From positions 1-64,000 of the IMG/VR virus record IMGVR_UViG_3300012018_000002: a stretch of 64,000 bases of DNA; one strand, 5' to 3'. Of the stretch, positions 10,006-20,254 are shown piece after piece. Below the pieces are notes generated by a model. The model ran no database searches. It was not told the DNA's origin and was given only the letters and a program-made list of their open reading frames with translations. The stretch is from a virus. Lineage: Duplodnaviria; Caudoviricetes. How positions within the stretch are numbered: the stretch's first letter is position 1; each line of letters starts with the position of its first letter. The position numbers were made by a program, and so were the translations under genes.

Positions 10006-10498
10006 CTATTATACTATCATATTCATCTGCTAACTGTTCTTGTTGTATCCAATCTCTTAAAAATTTTGCTCTTTCTTCTGTTTTAGCTAACACACCATAT
10101 GTTTCTTTTGTAGCAGAAGTATTGAGATATTTATTCAAAAATTCTTGACTATACATTTTAGAATACTTAGAATTTCTAAAATTCCTATAAGTCTCTGTAT
10201 ATTCATCAGGAACTTGTGCTACTACCATATGATACCTATCATCTACTTCATAATCAAAAACAAAACACTGTTGTTTATTAAACCAATTTAATAATACATC
10301 AAAGTTTTTAGCCTTTGATTTATCAAATAATATGAATATAGAAAAAGGTGTATCTACTTGATTCACATCTCCTATAAACATATTAACTATTAATCCACTT
10401 GCCTTTTTCATAAAATCAGACATAGTAGATTGAAACTCAACACCATATCCAAAGTGTATACTTGGATATAAATATCTATATGTTTTTGTTTTACTCAT
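9962..10498 (-). CDS. Hypothetical phage protein
   Basis: 178-aa ORF in replication operon. Confidence 0.7.
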   Translation of the reverse strand: MSKTKTYRYLYPSIHFGYGVEFQSTMSDFMKKASGLIVNMFIGDVNQVDTPFSIFILFDKSKAKNFDVLLNWFNKQQCFVFDYEVDDRYHMVVAQVPDEYTETYRNFRNSKYSKMYSQEFLNKYLNTSATKETYGVLAKTEERAKFLRDWIQQEQLADEYDSIIDDRETFDRTTYDYK

Positions 10499-11199
10499 TT
10501 TCTCACCTCTGGTATTTTAAACCCTTCATAATCATCCAAAATCTTTAAACACATATAGTTCTTATAAAATTCCTGTATGCCTTTATATTCGCCAAAATGA
10601 TTTATATACTCCCATTTTACTATTAACCATAGAGGAATAGGAAATTTAAAATCTATTGGGTATTTTTCAAAAACATTTTCGGCAAATTTAGGTCCTTTCC
10701 CAGGAATTCCTTTTATATTATCAGTAGTATCTCCAGCTATCATTGATGTCCAGAAATACCTTTCAGCTTCTTCTTTTGTTGTTTCTTTCCACTCTTGTTT
10801 TTGTGGATTATAATGTCTACCTTCAAGATTTAACAAATCTTTATCATTAGACACTATAAATGAACCTTTTATCTTATTCTTACATATATTCACACAATCA
10901 TCTGCTTCTAAAGGTTCTATTAAGTTGAACTTATTGAGAACATATTCTTTAAGTTCACTAAAGTAAAGAGGTTTTTCACCTTTTCTATTACTTTTATATT
11001 CAGGATTAATTTCCTTACGAAAATTCTTACCTGTTAAAAATCCTATATAACCATCAGCTTCACTGTTAGCTAAAATATTTTCAAGATAACTTTCAAAATT
11101 ATCTTTCATTTGTGAAAAATCCTTAATATCCTCTCCAGCTTTATTGTGGCATGTTACATATAACATGTAATCTCCGTCAATTAGTGCTGTTGATTTCAT
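10495..11199 (-). CDS. 5'-3' exonuclease/flap endonuclease (T5/T7 type)
   Basis: LIDGD, NFRK.I..EYK.NR, EADD, DKDL, GDTTDNIKGIPGKGPK. Confidence 0.9.
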   Translation of the reverse strand: MKSTALIDGDYMLYVTCHNKAGEDIKDFSQMKDNFESYLENILANSEADGYIGFLTGKNFRKEINPEYKSNRKGEKPLYFSELKEYVLNKFNLIEPLEADDCVNICKNKIKGSFIVSNDKDLLNLEGRHYNPQKQEWKETTKEEAERYFWTSMIAGDTTDNIKGIPGKGPKFAENVFEKYPIDFKFPIPLWLIVKWEYINHFGEYKGIQEFYKNYMCLKILDDYEGFKIPEVRK

Positions 11200-11557
11200 T
11201 TGCTTCTAGTTTTTTCCATTTAAAATAGTCTTCTAAAGTCATTTCTATGAAGACTTTTATTTCTTTGTTTTGTTTATGTATTACTACAAACGGCTTATGT
11301 AATCTTTTTTCTACAGGTTCTAGCTTTTCCATAATTAAAGCTTTCATTTGTCTAATAATTGTTAAAGGATTTAATGAAGCCTTTACATTTTTAGCTTGTG
11401 TATTATCTGGTATTCCCCAGAAATCAAGTTTACAATCATCGTATAGTTTACTAGCTTGTCGAGAAGTCAGGGCATTTTTAAACCCTGCTTCTCGATACAA
11501 TCTAGCTAACTCTCTTTCAAAATTATGACCTTTTCTTCGATTTGTTAAACCATTCAT
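11177..11557 (-). CDS. Holliday junction resolvase-like PD-(D/E)xK nuclease
   Basis: NRRKGHNFERELA, D...D, QAK. Confidence 0.7.
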   Translation of the reverse strand: MNGLTNRRKGHNFERELARLYREAGFKNALTSRQASKLYDDCKLDFWGIPDNTQAKNVKASLNPLTIIRQMKALIMEKLEPVEKRLHKPFVVIHKQNKEIKVFIEMTLEDYFKWKKLEANEINSTN

Positions 11558-12252
11558 AATGTTTTGATAAAAGATTCAAATTTGTCTTTTATAAATAATT
11601 CTTTTTCTTCTTGACTATTAAATACAGGAAGTTGATTTACTTTAACTAAATCATAAAAATCCTTTTTTATTACTAATTTTAAATTTAAGTTTTTAGCTCT
11701 TCCCATGTGAGCTTTTCTTTCTGGTAAGTCTTTTGTCCAAAATTCTAATATTGAAATAGAAGGTTGCTGTCCTAATAATAATGTTGAATATAAATAAGGT
11801 ATATATTTCTTATGAATTACTAGAACACTTTTTATTGCTTTTTCTAAATCAGCATTACGCTCATTCATATTAATATTTGTAAAACCTGTATTATCGTTTC
11901 CAGTTAGATAGAGTAAAGAAAAAATAGAATAATTCAATAAACTTCCAGCTATATAGCTATCAACAAAATTAACTTGATAACCAAGACTATGTGGTTTCTC
12001 AAATAACTGAGAAAGTGCATTTTTTTGGTGATTTCTAACAATTCCAGGTAGAATATCGTCATAATGACTTGCTCCTATCAAAAAAGGTTTTAAATTATAT
12101 AATACATTAGACAATAATAAATAGTCAGAATCTTTAAATATAAGTTTTCTGGCAGCACCAGAAAGAAATAAACTATCACCACTAGCAAAAGAAGTGGTAG
12201 AGTTTCCCATGCGTCTAATTAAGTCATTGATATTACAAGTAAGCTGTTTCAT
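11554..12252 (-). CDS. Hypothetical protein directly downstream of E1-like gene
   Basis: 232-aa ORF overlapping the ThiF gene end. Confidence 0.65.
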   Translation of the reverse strand: MKQLTCNINDLIRRMGNSTTSFASGDSLFLSGAARKLIFKDSDYLLLSNVLYNLKPFLIGASHYDDILPGIVRNHQKNALSQLFEKPHSLGYQVNFVDSYIAGSLLNYSIFSLLYLTGNDNTGFTNINMNERNADLEKAIKSVLVIHKKYIPYLYSTLLLGQQPSISILEFWTKDLPERKAHMGRAKNLNLKLVIKKDFYDLVKVNQLPVFNSQEEKELFIKDKFESFIKTL

Positions 12253-12907
12253 ATTTCATTAAACTTATCTCCATAAAAATAGAAAAAGGTAATTCTCTTA
12301 TATCTATTCCTAGATTTTTGTTAGTTAAATAGTTTGTAAATAATGCAACCATGTTAGAGCTTATCATTGCCCCACAATGAGAAGTTGCTTTATACGAACA
12401 CATTAATTCAGCAACTTCTTTGTCATCAAATAATGTTTTTTCATATGCTTCAATTCTATCAGGTGTTACACAATAGACTTGAAAACTTTCTGCTAACATT
12501 CTGCCATCAATGAATAATTCCTTATTTGGTAAATTTTTCCATTTATCAAACAGTAATTTTCTGGCTTCCATGTTATCAAAACAAGAAAAAGATATTGGTG
12601 TTGCAAAATTATTTTCAGTAAAAAGTCCAGACAATTGAATTTTAGAAAAACCTGAAAACTCTCTAACTATTTTTAGAACAGTTTCATCTTTTCTTTGTCC
12701 AATAGAGTTTATGTCATATAATTGACCACCCATATTAGTTTCATCAATTGAATCATTTTCATAAATGAACATAGGAACTCCAATTCTACCTAAATAAAAT
12801 GCTAACCATGAACCTATTCCACCAACACCTCCTACTGTCACAGTAGGTAAAATATTTAATAACCATTTTGCACCACTAAATCTTACTCTTTTGTTATCAT
12901 TCTCCAT
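12233..12907 (-). CDS. ThiF/E1-like adenylyltransferase
   Basis: VGGVGGIGS nucleotide-binding loop, D.IDETN..Q, CFDNMEAR, FIDGRM, candidate catalytic Cys in LMCSYK. Confidence 0.88.
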   Translation of the reverse strand: MENDNKRVRFSGAKWLLNILPTVTVGGVGGIGSWLAFYLGRIGVPMFIYENDSIDETNMGGQLYDINSIGQRKDETVLKIVREFSGFSKIQLSGLFTENNFATPISFSCFDNMEARKLLFDKWKNLPNKELFIDGRMLAESFQVYCVTPDRIEAYEKTLFDDKEVAELMCSYKATSHCGAMISSNMVALFTNYLTNKNLGIDIRELPFSIFMEISLMKYETAYL

Positions 12908-14048
12908 ATGAAGCAGTTTGTTTTACTAAATAATGAGAAAGTCCTAATTTTATAGAAGACATAATATCTTCAGCATCCTCAAACTTATAAGAATTTAGTA
13001 TAGAAATTGCTCTTTCAGCATATTCATCCATTTCAAAAACACCTGGTTTTCTACCTTTAAATGCTTCACAAACAACTTTAAAATTAGTAGTTACTCTCTG
13101 TCTCAAAGAATATAAATAATTAGCTTTTGTAAACTTATCTTTATTTTCTTTATACTGAGAATTTACTCTTTTTATTACATTGTAAATGTCAGAAAACTCA
13201 TACATGTTTCCAGATATAGTTTTACATAAATGACTTACTGTAACAAAGTCTGTTTCACCTGTATTTTTTGAAAGTAGTTTATCAGTGCTTTTATGAATTT
13301 CATCAAAAAGAGAAGTTTCTTTAACTTTTTTACTAGCTCTGTTCTTCTTATCAATACTAAAGTTTTCAAAATATGAATCATTACCCATATAACCTTTTGT
13401 ATAAATGGGTGTCTTTTTCTTTTTCTCAACTTCTGCAAATCTTTCATTAAACCATTCTGGTAATTCAAATAATATATTACAATCATATACTAATAATACA
13501 CCAGGTAATTCTGCTGTTCTTTCATAATCTCCAGAGCTTCCTTTGAATTTCATAACTCGTTCTATAGGAGGAGAATAACATGCTATTTTAGCAATATAAT
13601 TACAACTAAAATTAACAATTAAACTTAAATAAAAATTATGATGAGGTGAATTTGTATGAAGTTCTCCAGTGTCTGTTCCTGAAAAGAAAGTATCCATTGA
13701 ATGATGAGTGTGAATAGTCCCTATTTTATATTTTCTAACACCATTCTCAACAATAGGTAATCTAGTGTGCATATCTACGTATGCTTCATCATAATCAAAT
13801 TCAGTATATGCAGAACTACCTATATCCATTGGATATATATAATCTGCTTGTAAAACTAAATCTTTTGGATTCTCAATATCCCCGCTTATAATTTTATATA
13901 AGAGTATACCACTCCATTCGTCTTTCTTAACTCTGTTGTGTAAGAAGTTTACTTGATTCATTAGTTCTTGTGATAGAATTAATGAAGGTTTGTCTTTTTG
14001 TAATAGTGCAGTATGCACATGATTACTTGTGTTATTGTCAAGACTCAT
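12897..14048 (-). CDS. JAB/MPN+ (JAMM) metalloprotease with C-terminal extension
   Basis: EWSG plus HTHHSMDTFFSGTD (HxH-x7-S-x2-D). Confidence 0.85.
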   Translation of the reverse strand: MSLDNNTSNHVHTALLQKDKPSLILSQELMNQVNFLHNRVKKDEWSGILLYKIISGDIENPKDLVLQADYIYPMDIGSSAYTEFDYDEAYVDMHTRLPIVENGVRKYKIGTIHTHHSMDTFFSGTDTGELHTNSPHHNFYLSLIVNFSCNYIAKIACYSPPIERVMKFKGSSGDYERTAELPGVLLVYDCNILFELPEWFNERFAEVEKKKKTPIYTKGYMGNDSYFENFSIDKKNRASKKVKETSLFDEIHKSTDKLLSKNTGETDFVTVSHLCKTISGNMYEFSDIYNVIKRVNSQYKENKDKFTKANYLYSLRQRVTTNFKVVCEAFKGRKPGVFEMDEYAERAISILNSYKFEDAEDIMSSIKLGLSHYLVKQTASYGE

Positions 14049-14991
14049 AATATATATAACGTGTAAATTTATGTGATATTTCTCTAATTGCCTGTTCTAT
14101 TAAATGTAAAGGAACTTTTTTTTCTGCAATTGATTCTGTATTTACAGAAGATAACAATTCTACTCTTTTAGTTTGTTCTTTAAATTCAAAATGAGGAATT
14201 GTTTTATTTGTTGTATTACTGTTTATTATCTCTTCTCCTTTTGAATTTATATTTACTATAAACCTACTAAACGCTGGTAAACTAGATATTGCTTTTCTTA
14301 TACTTCCTACGTCAATTATAAACATGTTATCATAATTTTGAAGAATTAATAAACTTTTAGAATTTAATTTCATATAATCTGTTAATTCTCTTGTAAATAA
14401 CTGTATTTCTGCACTACTAAATACTCTTTGTTGAGCATTTGAACCTATTGATGATATTCTTTGATATGGTCCACCTTCAATAGATTCACATTTTAAATAA
14501 GAAAAGAAACCAACAACAACTTTTTCAAATAAAACAAATAATGTTTTATCAAAATTATCAAAATCGTATAACGTAAATTTACTTATTAATTCAGAAAATG
14601 TGCCTGAACCATAACAAAAATGACCTCCTTGTGATGATAAATGAGAAAAATAGTAATCAGAATTTAATTCATCATACGTCATTTTTCCTCTTTGACCTGA
14701 AATATAACCAAAATAAATTTTATCATTAGCAACTTTTAATCTTATTGAAACAATTGTATCATAAATAGTATGAGTAGCATTTTTAGAATCTGATTCAACT
14801 GTTAATACAGGAAAGAGAAATTGAACCGTAATATGATTTTGATTATAATATATATAATAATCTTCTTCATTAAACCAAGAACTAACTACTTTTTTAAAGC
14901 CTTCAGCTATTTCACTTAGTTTTTCCAAAACTGTTTTATTTTTAACTTCAGAAGACACATCAGTAGTTGTTATTTGAACAATATCACTCAT
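14038..14991 (-). CDS. Putative prokaryotic E2-like conjugating enzyme
   Basis: YYFSHL.....FCYG (His...Cys spacing of E2 active sites); lies between Ubl and JAB genes. Confidence 0.5.
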   Translation of the reverse strand: MSDIVQITTTDVSSEVKNKTVLEKLSEIAEGFKKVVSSWFNEEDYYIYYNQNHITVQFLFPVLTVESDSKNATHTIYDTIVSIRLKVANDKIYFGYISGQRGKMTYDELNSDYYFSHLSSQGGHFCYGSGTFSELISKFTLYDFDNFDKTLFVLFEKVVVGFFSYLKCESIEGGPYQRISSIGSNAQQRVFSSAEIQLFTRELTDYMKLNSKSLLILQNYDNMFIIDVGSIRKAISSLPAFSRFIVNINSKGEEIINSNTTNKTIPHFEFKEQTKRVELLSSVNTESIAEKKVPLHLIEQAIREISHKFTRYIYYES

Positions 14992-15271
14992 ACATTATTT
15001 GTTTAGCTTCGTTTAATAAATCTAATTTATTCTTTTCAATTTGTCTCTGCTTTTCTATAATTTGTTTCTTTTTTTCTTCTTCTTCTTTTATGCGTAATAA
15101 TTGCTCTTCTTGTTCTTTTTGTATTTTTTTAATTCTTTCTTCATCTCTTCTTCTTTTTTCCTCTAGTTCCATCTGAAGAGCAGATTCATGAAGAGCTATA
15201 CGTTCCCATATAGCTCTCATGTTATCCTCAGTCCTCTTATTTATATCTGTAAAAACGAGGAATCTTTCCAT
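14984..15271 (-). CDS. Charged coiled-coil protein
   Basis: E/K/Q/R-rich helix. Confidence 0.6.
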   Translation of the reverse strand: MERFLVFTDINKRTEDNMRAIWERIALHESALQMELEEKRRRDEERIKKIQKEQEEQLLRIKEEEEKKKQIIEKQRQIEKNKLDLLNEAKQIMYE

Positions 15272-15275
15272 ATTT

Positions 15276-15743
15276 TTATTTCATTAATTCTCTAGCTTCT
15301 CTTAATAATCTATCTTTGTCTGGAGATGCGCTTACTAAGCCACTAGAAGTTATAGGAAAACCTTTTTCTTCAGCAACTCCTGCTTGAGTTACATTAACTG
15401 AAGAACCATTTTTCAATCTTTTCATAAAACGAACAAGATGTGTAGTATTATTATTATCTTCTAATATTTCAATGATTTCTTCAATATCAGAAATATCTTC
15501 ACTAGAAAAACCTGATTTTACTTTAGATGGAGATAAATACAAAGTAAAATCTCCTTGTGGTAAAATAGCTTGTTCATTTTCTAAAGTATTTCTATTTTCT
15601 TTAATCATTGCTCTCATTCCTTTAGCTCCGCCTAATTTATCATGGCGGGATAATTCACCCCAAGTTTCTGCACTTGACTCTATTTCAAAAACGTCATCTG
15701 TGCTAGTAGAAACAACTGTAATTTTTCTCATTGTTATAACCAA
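15276..15743 (-). CDS. Putative ubiquitin-like (beta-grasp) precursor with C-terminal extension
   Basis: ~74-aa N-terminal domain with beta-beta-alpha-beta pattern ending FTLYLSPSKVKSG, followed by an acidic tail; upstream of E2/JAB/E1. Confidence 0.55.
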   Translation of the reverse strand: MVITMRKITVVSTSTDDVFEIESSAETWGELSRHDKLGGAKGMRAMIKENRNTLENEQAILPQGDFTLYLSPSKVKSGFSSEDISDIEEIIEILEDNNNTTHLVRFMKRLKNGSSVNVTQAGVAEEKGFPITSSGLVSASPDKDRLLREARELMK

Positions 15744-16414
15744 TTAATTTTGTGTCCATATAAACTATGAACAATGTTATCAATTTTGTTGAATATTTTA
15801 CTTCCTCTAAATATTCTTTCGTTTCTATAAGTATCTGCTGCTGGATGAGCAGCTTTTAAAATATAGTTTGTATTTTGCCTTATAAATGGTTCAAAAGATT
15901 GAGCCACTTTACCTAAAAGAACATATACAATAGCTGTATTTTTAATACTTAATTCTCTGAGCAATCCTTCAATAAAGTATTTCCATACTTTTTGATGACT
16001 CCCAGGCAAATTTAATTCTACTGATAATGCAGAATTTAATAATAAAACTCCTTGGTTTGCCCAATGCTCTAAGCTTTGTTTATCAAGGAAAAGCCATTCA
16101 TTATATTCTTCAATATTTTCTGAAAGCTCTTCCAAGATAATCTGCAGAGATGCAGGTGTTTTATCACCTACATATCCAAAAGCCAATCCTGTAGCAACAT
16201 TTTGTTGAGGATATGGGTCTTGACCCAATATAACAACTTTTAAATCATCGTAAGGACAAGCCTTAAATGCTTTAAAAAGATTTGCTATATTAGGTTCAAA
16301 ACCCTTAGAGCTTACAATAGTTGATAAAATAGTTTCAAACCTACTATCTTCAATTAATGGAGTTAGTATTGGAATCCATTTTTCATCTAGCTGCTTTTTA
16401 AAATGCTCTATCAT
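15734..16414 (-). CDS. ung: Uracil-DNA glycosylase family 1
   Basis: VVILGQDPY, GLAF, SL, GVLLLNSAL, GSH, HPA. Confidence 0.93.
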   Translation of the reverse strand: MIEHFKKQLDEKWIPILTPLIEDSRFETILSTIVSSKGFEPNIANLFKAFKACPYDDLKVVILGQDPYPQQNVATGLAFGYVGDKTPASLQIILEELSENIEEYNEWLFLDKQSLEHWANQGVLLLNSALSVELNLPGSHQKVWKYFIEGLLRELSIKNTAIVYVLLGKVAQSFEPFIRQNTNYILKAAHPAADTYRNERIFRGSKIFNKIDNIVHSLYGHKINWL

Positions 16415-16417
16415 TTT

Positions 16418-17161
16418 CTAAAAATTTTCATAAGTTGTTCTGCTTACTGTGTAATACTTACCGCAATTACTACATTTCATCTGAAATCTTAAAATACCAG
16501 TTGTTGTAGTTCTCTTTTTTGAAAGAGTAGCTTCTTTACTACCACATTCAGGACAACTACATTTACCATTACCTAATTTAACTCCATGATGAACCTTGTT
16601 TACAATGTAAGGAGCCATTTTCTTATATACTTCTTTTAGAATTTTTACATCATTCTTACAATACTTAACCATTCTAGCTAAAGCACCTCTATCATTTTTA
16701 CAAACCTTAGTCCATAAACCAGGTTCAGTTTGCATTTTAGAGCCTACATTTAAAATTCTACTAATATAGTCAAGTCTGTTTGAATTGAATCTAAAGCCAG
16801 ACCTTGCTTTTTTTAAAGTATCCACAGATACATAAGATGGAAACATTGGAACACCATGAATAAGACATCTTGTTCTTAACCATTTAAGGTCAAAAGAATC
16901 ACCATTATGACCCACTAATTCATCAGCCTCATTAGCTACAGCAATAAATTGCTTTAGCATCTGTTTGTCATTACGATTTGCATCCCAAGTTAACTCACTA
17001 ACAGTTTTATCTCCTTCCCACATCCAACATATACATATTACTGCTCTTTCTTCAAGAATATCTTGATATGCAACATTAGTTTTATGACCAACATTCCATG
17101 TAGCAACAATATTAGGACTTACTTCAATATCAAAATAAAGTCTTTTAATTTTATTAGCCAT
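16418..17161 (-). CDS. DnaQ/RNase H-like 3'-5' exonuclease with C-terminal Zn ribbon
   Basis: FDIE, GHNGDSFD, YCKND, CPEC...CSNC. Confidence 0.85.
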   Translation of the reverse strand: MANKIKRLYFDIEVSPNIVATWNVGHKTNVAYQDILEERAVICICWMWEGDKTVSELTWDANRNDKQMLKQFIAVANEADELVGHNGDSFDLKWLRTRCLIHGVPMFPSYVSVDTLKKARSGFRFNSNRLDYISRILNVGSKMQTEPGLWTKVCKNDRGALARMVKYCKNDVKILKEVYKKMAPYIVNKVHHGVKLGNGKCSCPECGSKEATLSKKRTTTTGILRFQMKCSNCGKYYTVSRTTYENF

Positions 17162-18143
17162 CTATTTTTTGTTTAATTAAATGAAGCAATGTTACTTCAT
17201 CATAAGCTTCGACAAATTCTGATGGGTCTTTCTCATTAAATTCTTCAGGTATATTAAAACTATCTAAATTATACAACAGTGATAATCTATTTGCATTTTT
17301 TATACCTGGTTCATCATTATCAAAAAATATTATTATTTTTTTAAATCTTTTTTTTATATCTATTAGAATATTATCTGGTATATAATTACCTTCTGCTTGA
17401 ACAGCAATAGAAAGAAATCCTAATCTTTTTAAGACCATTCTATCTTTCCTGGATTTTGTTATAAATAACAAATCTCCTTTTTCAGGTAAATTGTAATACC
17501 CATCAATTTCTAATGAGTTCGTTCTCCATTTATCATTATAACCATAAGGTTTATAAATCTTGAACGTGTTTGTATGTTTAAACCAATAAGCAAAACATAA
17601 ATCTGTCTCCTGATAATGGTAGAATAAATCTCCATTAATCCACACAGCATCTGCTCTAAAAGTCTTAAAATCATCATCATTTAATATCTCTTCATCCACA
17701 TTTATTTTAGACCAGTATGCTAAATCATACTTAGAAAAAGGTCTTACTCTGACTTTTATATCAGAGTAAGTTATCTCTTTTTCTACTACCTCATGACAAG
17801 TAATTTCTTTTCTTTCTATTGGTTTATACGTAATTTCTTTACCATCATTTAAACCTAATTTAAAATCATTGTTTATATGACGACAAACTTCATAAAAATC
17901 TCCAGGTAATGAAAGTCCATAATAAAGAGATGTAATTTTAAAACAATCCCCGCTATATTCAGGTCTAGCATAATCAGTAAAAAATATATATTTATAACCT
18001 TTTCTAAACATACAATCTGCATGTTTATCTTTTCTAAAAGGATTACAATATTTTTTTCTATAGTCAATACTATACCCTGTATATCTTTGGAGTATTTCTT
18101 CCTGGGATATGTATTTTAAAATATTCTCTTTACTAAGAATCAT
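17154..18143 (-). CDS. DNA primase (TOPRIM)
   Basis: NPFRKD..ADC N-terminus, ITKSRKD, FFDNDEPG, KDPSE. Confidence 0.85.
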   Translation of the reverse strand: MILSKENILKYISQEEILQRYTGYSIDYRKKYCNPFRKDKHADCMFRKGYKYIFFTDYARPEYSGDCFKITSLYYGLSLPGDFYEVCRHINNDFKLGLNDGKEITYKPIERKEITCHEVVEKEITYSDIKVRVRPFSKYDLAYWSKINVDEEILNDDDFKTFRADAVWINGDLFYHYQETDLCFAYWFKHTNTFKIYKPYGYNDKWRTNSLEIDGYYNLPEKGDLLFITKSRKDRMVLKRLGFLSIAVQAEGNYIPDNILIDIKKRFKKIIIFFDNDEPGIKNANRLSLLYNLDSFNIPEEFNEKDPSEFVEAYDEVTLLHLIKQKIDG

Positions 18144-18922
18144 TACGCATTTTTAAGAAGCGCACTAATATCTGCTGGTGTAGTAGATATAGGTGTTATG
18201 CTTTCAGCAGGAGCAGTTTCTGGATTGTATTTTTGAAATGCTAAACTATTTTGATAGTTACCTTTGTAAGGAAAACCAGCAGCAGCATCTTTTGATAAAG
18301 TTTTTTCTAATGTTGAAGTATAATTACTTTCCATTGGAATAAATACTTTATTGTAGATGTCCTGATATTTTCCTTCTTTTACACCTAATAAAACTTTAAC
18401 AGTTCTATCTTTGAAAATAGTTAAATAATCTCTTAATTCATCAAGATTACCAGCCACAATGTCACTAAAAGAAGTTTCAAGAATACATTCAGATTCTTTA
18501 CTTCTTTGATTAATTCCAAACCATTTAGATAAGAAATTATACAAATCAGCTTCACCAACATAACCTTCTCTGTAATCTCTCATAGTAAACCAATCTTGAG
18601 TTGGTTGACCATTAGCCCAAGTAGACATACCTACAGCATTAATAAACTGTTTGTTACCTGCAGAACTTACAGCAGGTCTGTCTTCTAACCAAAACACTAA
18701 TTTACCATTAATGTTAAATTCTGTGTTTCTAAGATAGACATCTAATCTTAATTTCTTTTCTCCAGCGTCAGTAAGTCCCTCATACTGAGGTTCATTTACT
18801 TCTTCTTTACCTGTTAATTCTTTAATCTCATCAACACTTGGGTTAATGGCAATAACTTCCATAGGTGCAACACCTGTGTAGAGAACTCTTTCGCCCCCTC
18901 TTTCTCCTGGTTTAACGCTCAT
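18143..18922 (-). CDS. Replication-module protein (possible ssDNA-binding)
   Basis: 259-aa ORF between primase and AAA ATPase; function inferred from position only. Confidence 0.5.
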   Translation of the reverse strand: MSVKPGERGGERVLYTGVAPMEVIAINPSVDEIKELTGKEEVNEPQYEGLTDAGEKKLRLDVYLRNTEFNINGKLVFWLEDRPAVSSAGNKQFINAVGMSTWANGQPTQDWFTMRDYREGYVGEADLYNFLSKWFGINQRSKESECILETSFSDIVAGNLDELRDYLTIFKDRTVKVLLGVKEGKYQDIYNKVFIPMESNYTSTLEKTLSKDAAAGFPYKGNYQNSLAFQKYNPETAPAESITPISTTPADISALLKNA

Positions 18923-19410
18923 ACACTTACTACATTTTCTACTACAGGGGTTTCAGAATAAACTCCTGCTATTTTAAACATTGTTAAATTATTATTATCT
19001 ACTTCTTTTACATTTTCTTCTAATAATACATAATTATCTTTTGTATTATCAAAGGTAAATCTTTTAGATAAAAAATCATACATTCTTTTGTCACTAAAAC
19101 CACAGTTTGTTTTGTTAATGTTAATTTGAATAGTATCTGGAAACTTATTATCGTTTACAAATACAAAATATTCATCATTAATATCATCAAAAGCTAAACT
19201 GATTTTAGTTCCAGAAAATTCTGGTTGTTCTTCCAAACCATTAATTCTTTTGTATAATCCCATTTTTTCAATGGCACTACCACTAAATTCAAATTGTCTT
19301 CTTTTTCCTTCTAATGCTTTTAAAATAAGCACTAAAGCACCCTTAAAAGGGTCTTCATTCACAGGAGTTTGTTTTTTGTTATCTCCTGACCATCCAAATT
19401 TGATACTCAT
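18919..19410 (-). CDS. Hypothetical phage protein
   Basis: 163-aa ORF in operon. Confidence 0.65.
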   Translation of the reverse strand: MSIKFGWSGDNKKQTPVNEDPFKGALVLILKALEGKRRQFEFSGSAIEKMGLYKRINGLEEQPEFSGTKISLAFDDINDEYFVFVNDNKFPDTIQININKTNCGFSDKRMYDFLSKRFTFDNTKDNYVLLEENVKEVDNNNLTMFKIAGVYSETPVVENVVSV

Positions 19411-19411
19411 A

Positions 19412-20254
19412 TTATTTATTTATATCTGGGTATATTAAATCCCAGTGAACTTTAGAATAATCTTCTTTTGTTTTATCCCATTCTCCAATCAATATATCTT
19501 TACCTGATAATCCTCTTCTTCTAGTTCCTTCAGCTACTGATTCACCAGCTTGAAAACTTAAATAAGTATTTCCATCTTTACCTCTATGTAAGTAAGCTAT
19601 AGTATCAGCAAATGATGTAGTAATAGTTTTAAGTTTACCTGTTAAATCAATTTCTCTACCTAATACTTGTTCTCCGTTTTTAACTTCTAAAAATTTATCT
19701 TTAATATGACATACAAAAATTACTCTTTCTGCAGCCAATTTCATTTTTTCAAAATATCTTTGATAACAAGCCCTTGTCCATCTATAACCATAACCTTGAC
19801 CCATAGTAGTTACAGGTTCAAATAATGGAGAAGTATGTGGAATTTGTTGCCCTTTAGCAGGAGCTAACTGTGGCATTTTACTAATTAATTCATCATCAAT
19901 TACATTCCACTTTTTACCTTGAGCTGAATTCATAAAATCATATGTTCCACCAATTTCACATAATTCATCAAGTTCAGTCATAGTATCAAAAGCTACATAT
20001 TTATATGGTCTTTCTTTAATCAACCAATCTAAACAATTGTCTAAATTTTTGAGTGTCTTCATTGGGTCTCCACCAGGGTCTTTTACTGTATGTTTATATC
20101 CTTTAACATATTTTGAACCTGCTTCTATATCAATAATTCCACAATCTGGAAGTCTACTGATTAAGTCTGTCTTACCCATTTTTGGTTTAGAATAAATAAC
20201 CAAATGCTCTGGATAGTCTAAAATTGTTTCCTGTTTAATTTTTTCAAATTCCAT
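19412..20254 (-). CDS. AAA_24/Sak4-like P-loop ATPase (recombination)
   Basis: YSKPKMGKT, IDIEAGS, AFDT, FVCH, DLTGK. Confidence 0.8.
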   Translation of the reverse strand: MEFEKIKQETILDYPEHLVIYSKPKMGKTDLISRLPDCGIIDIEAGSKYVKGYKHTVKDPGGDPMKTLKNLDNCLDWLIKERPYKYVAFDTMTELDELCEIGGTYDFMNSAQGKKWNVIDDELISKMPQLAPAKGQQIPHTSPLFEPVTTMGQGYGYRWTRACYQRYFEKMKLAAERVIFVCHIKDKFLEVKNGEQVLGREIDLTGKLKTITTSFADTIAYLHRGKDGNTYLSFQAGESVAEGTRRRGLSGKDILIGEWDKTKEDYSKVHWDLIYPDINK

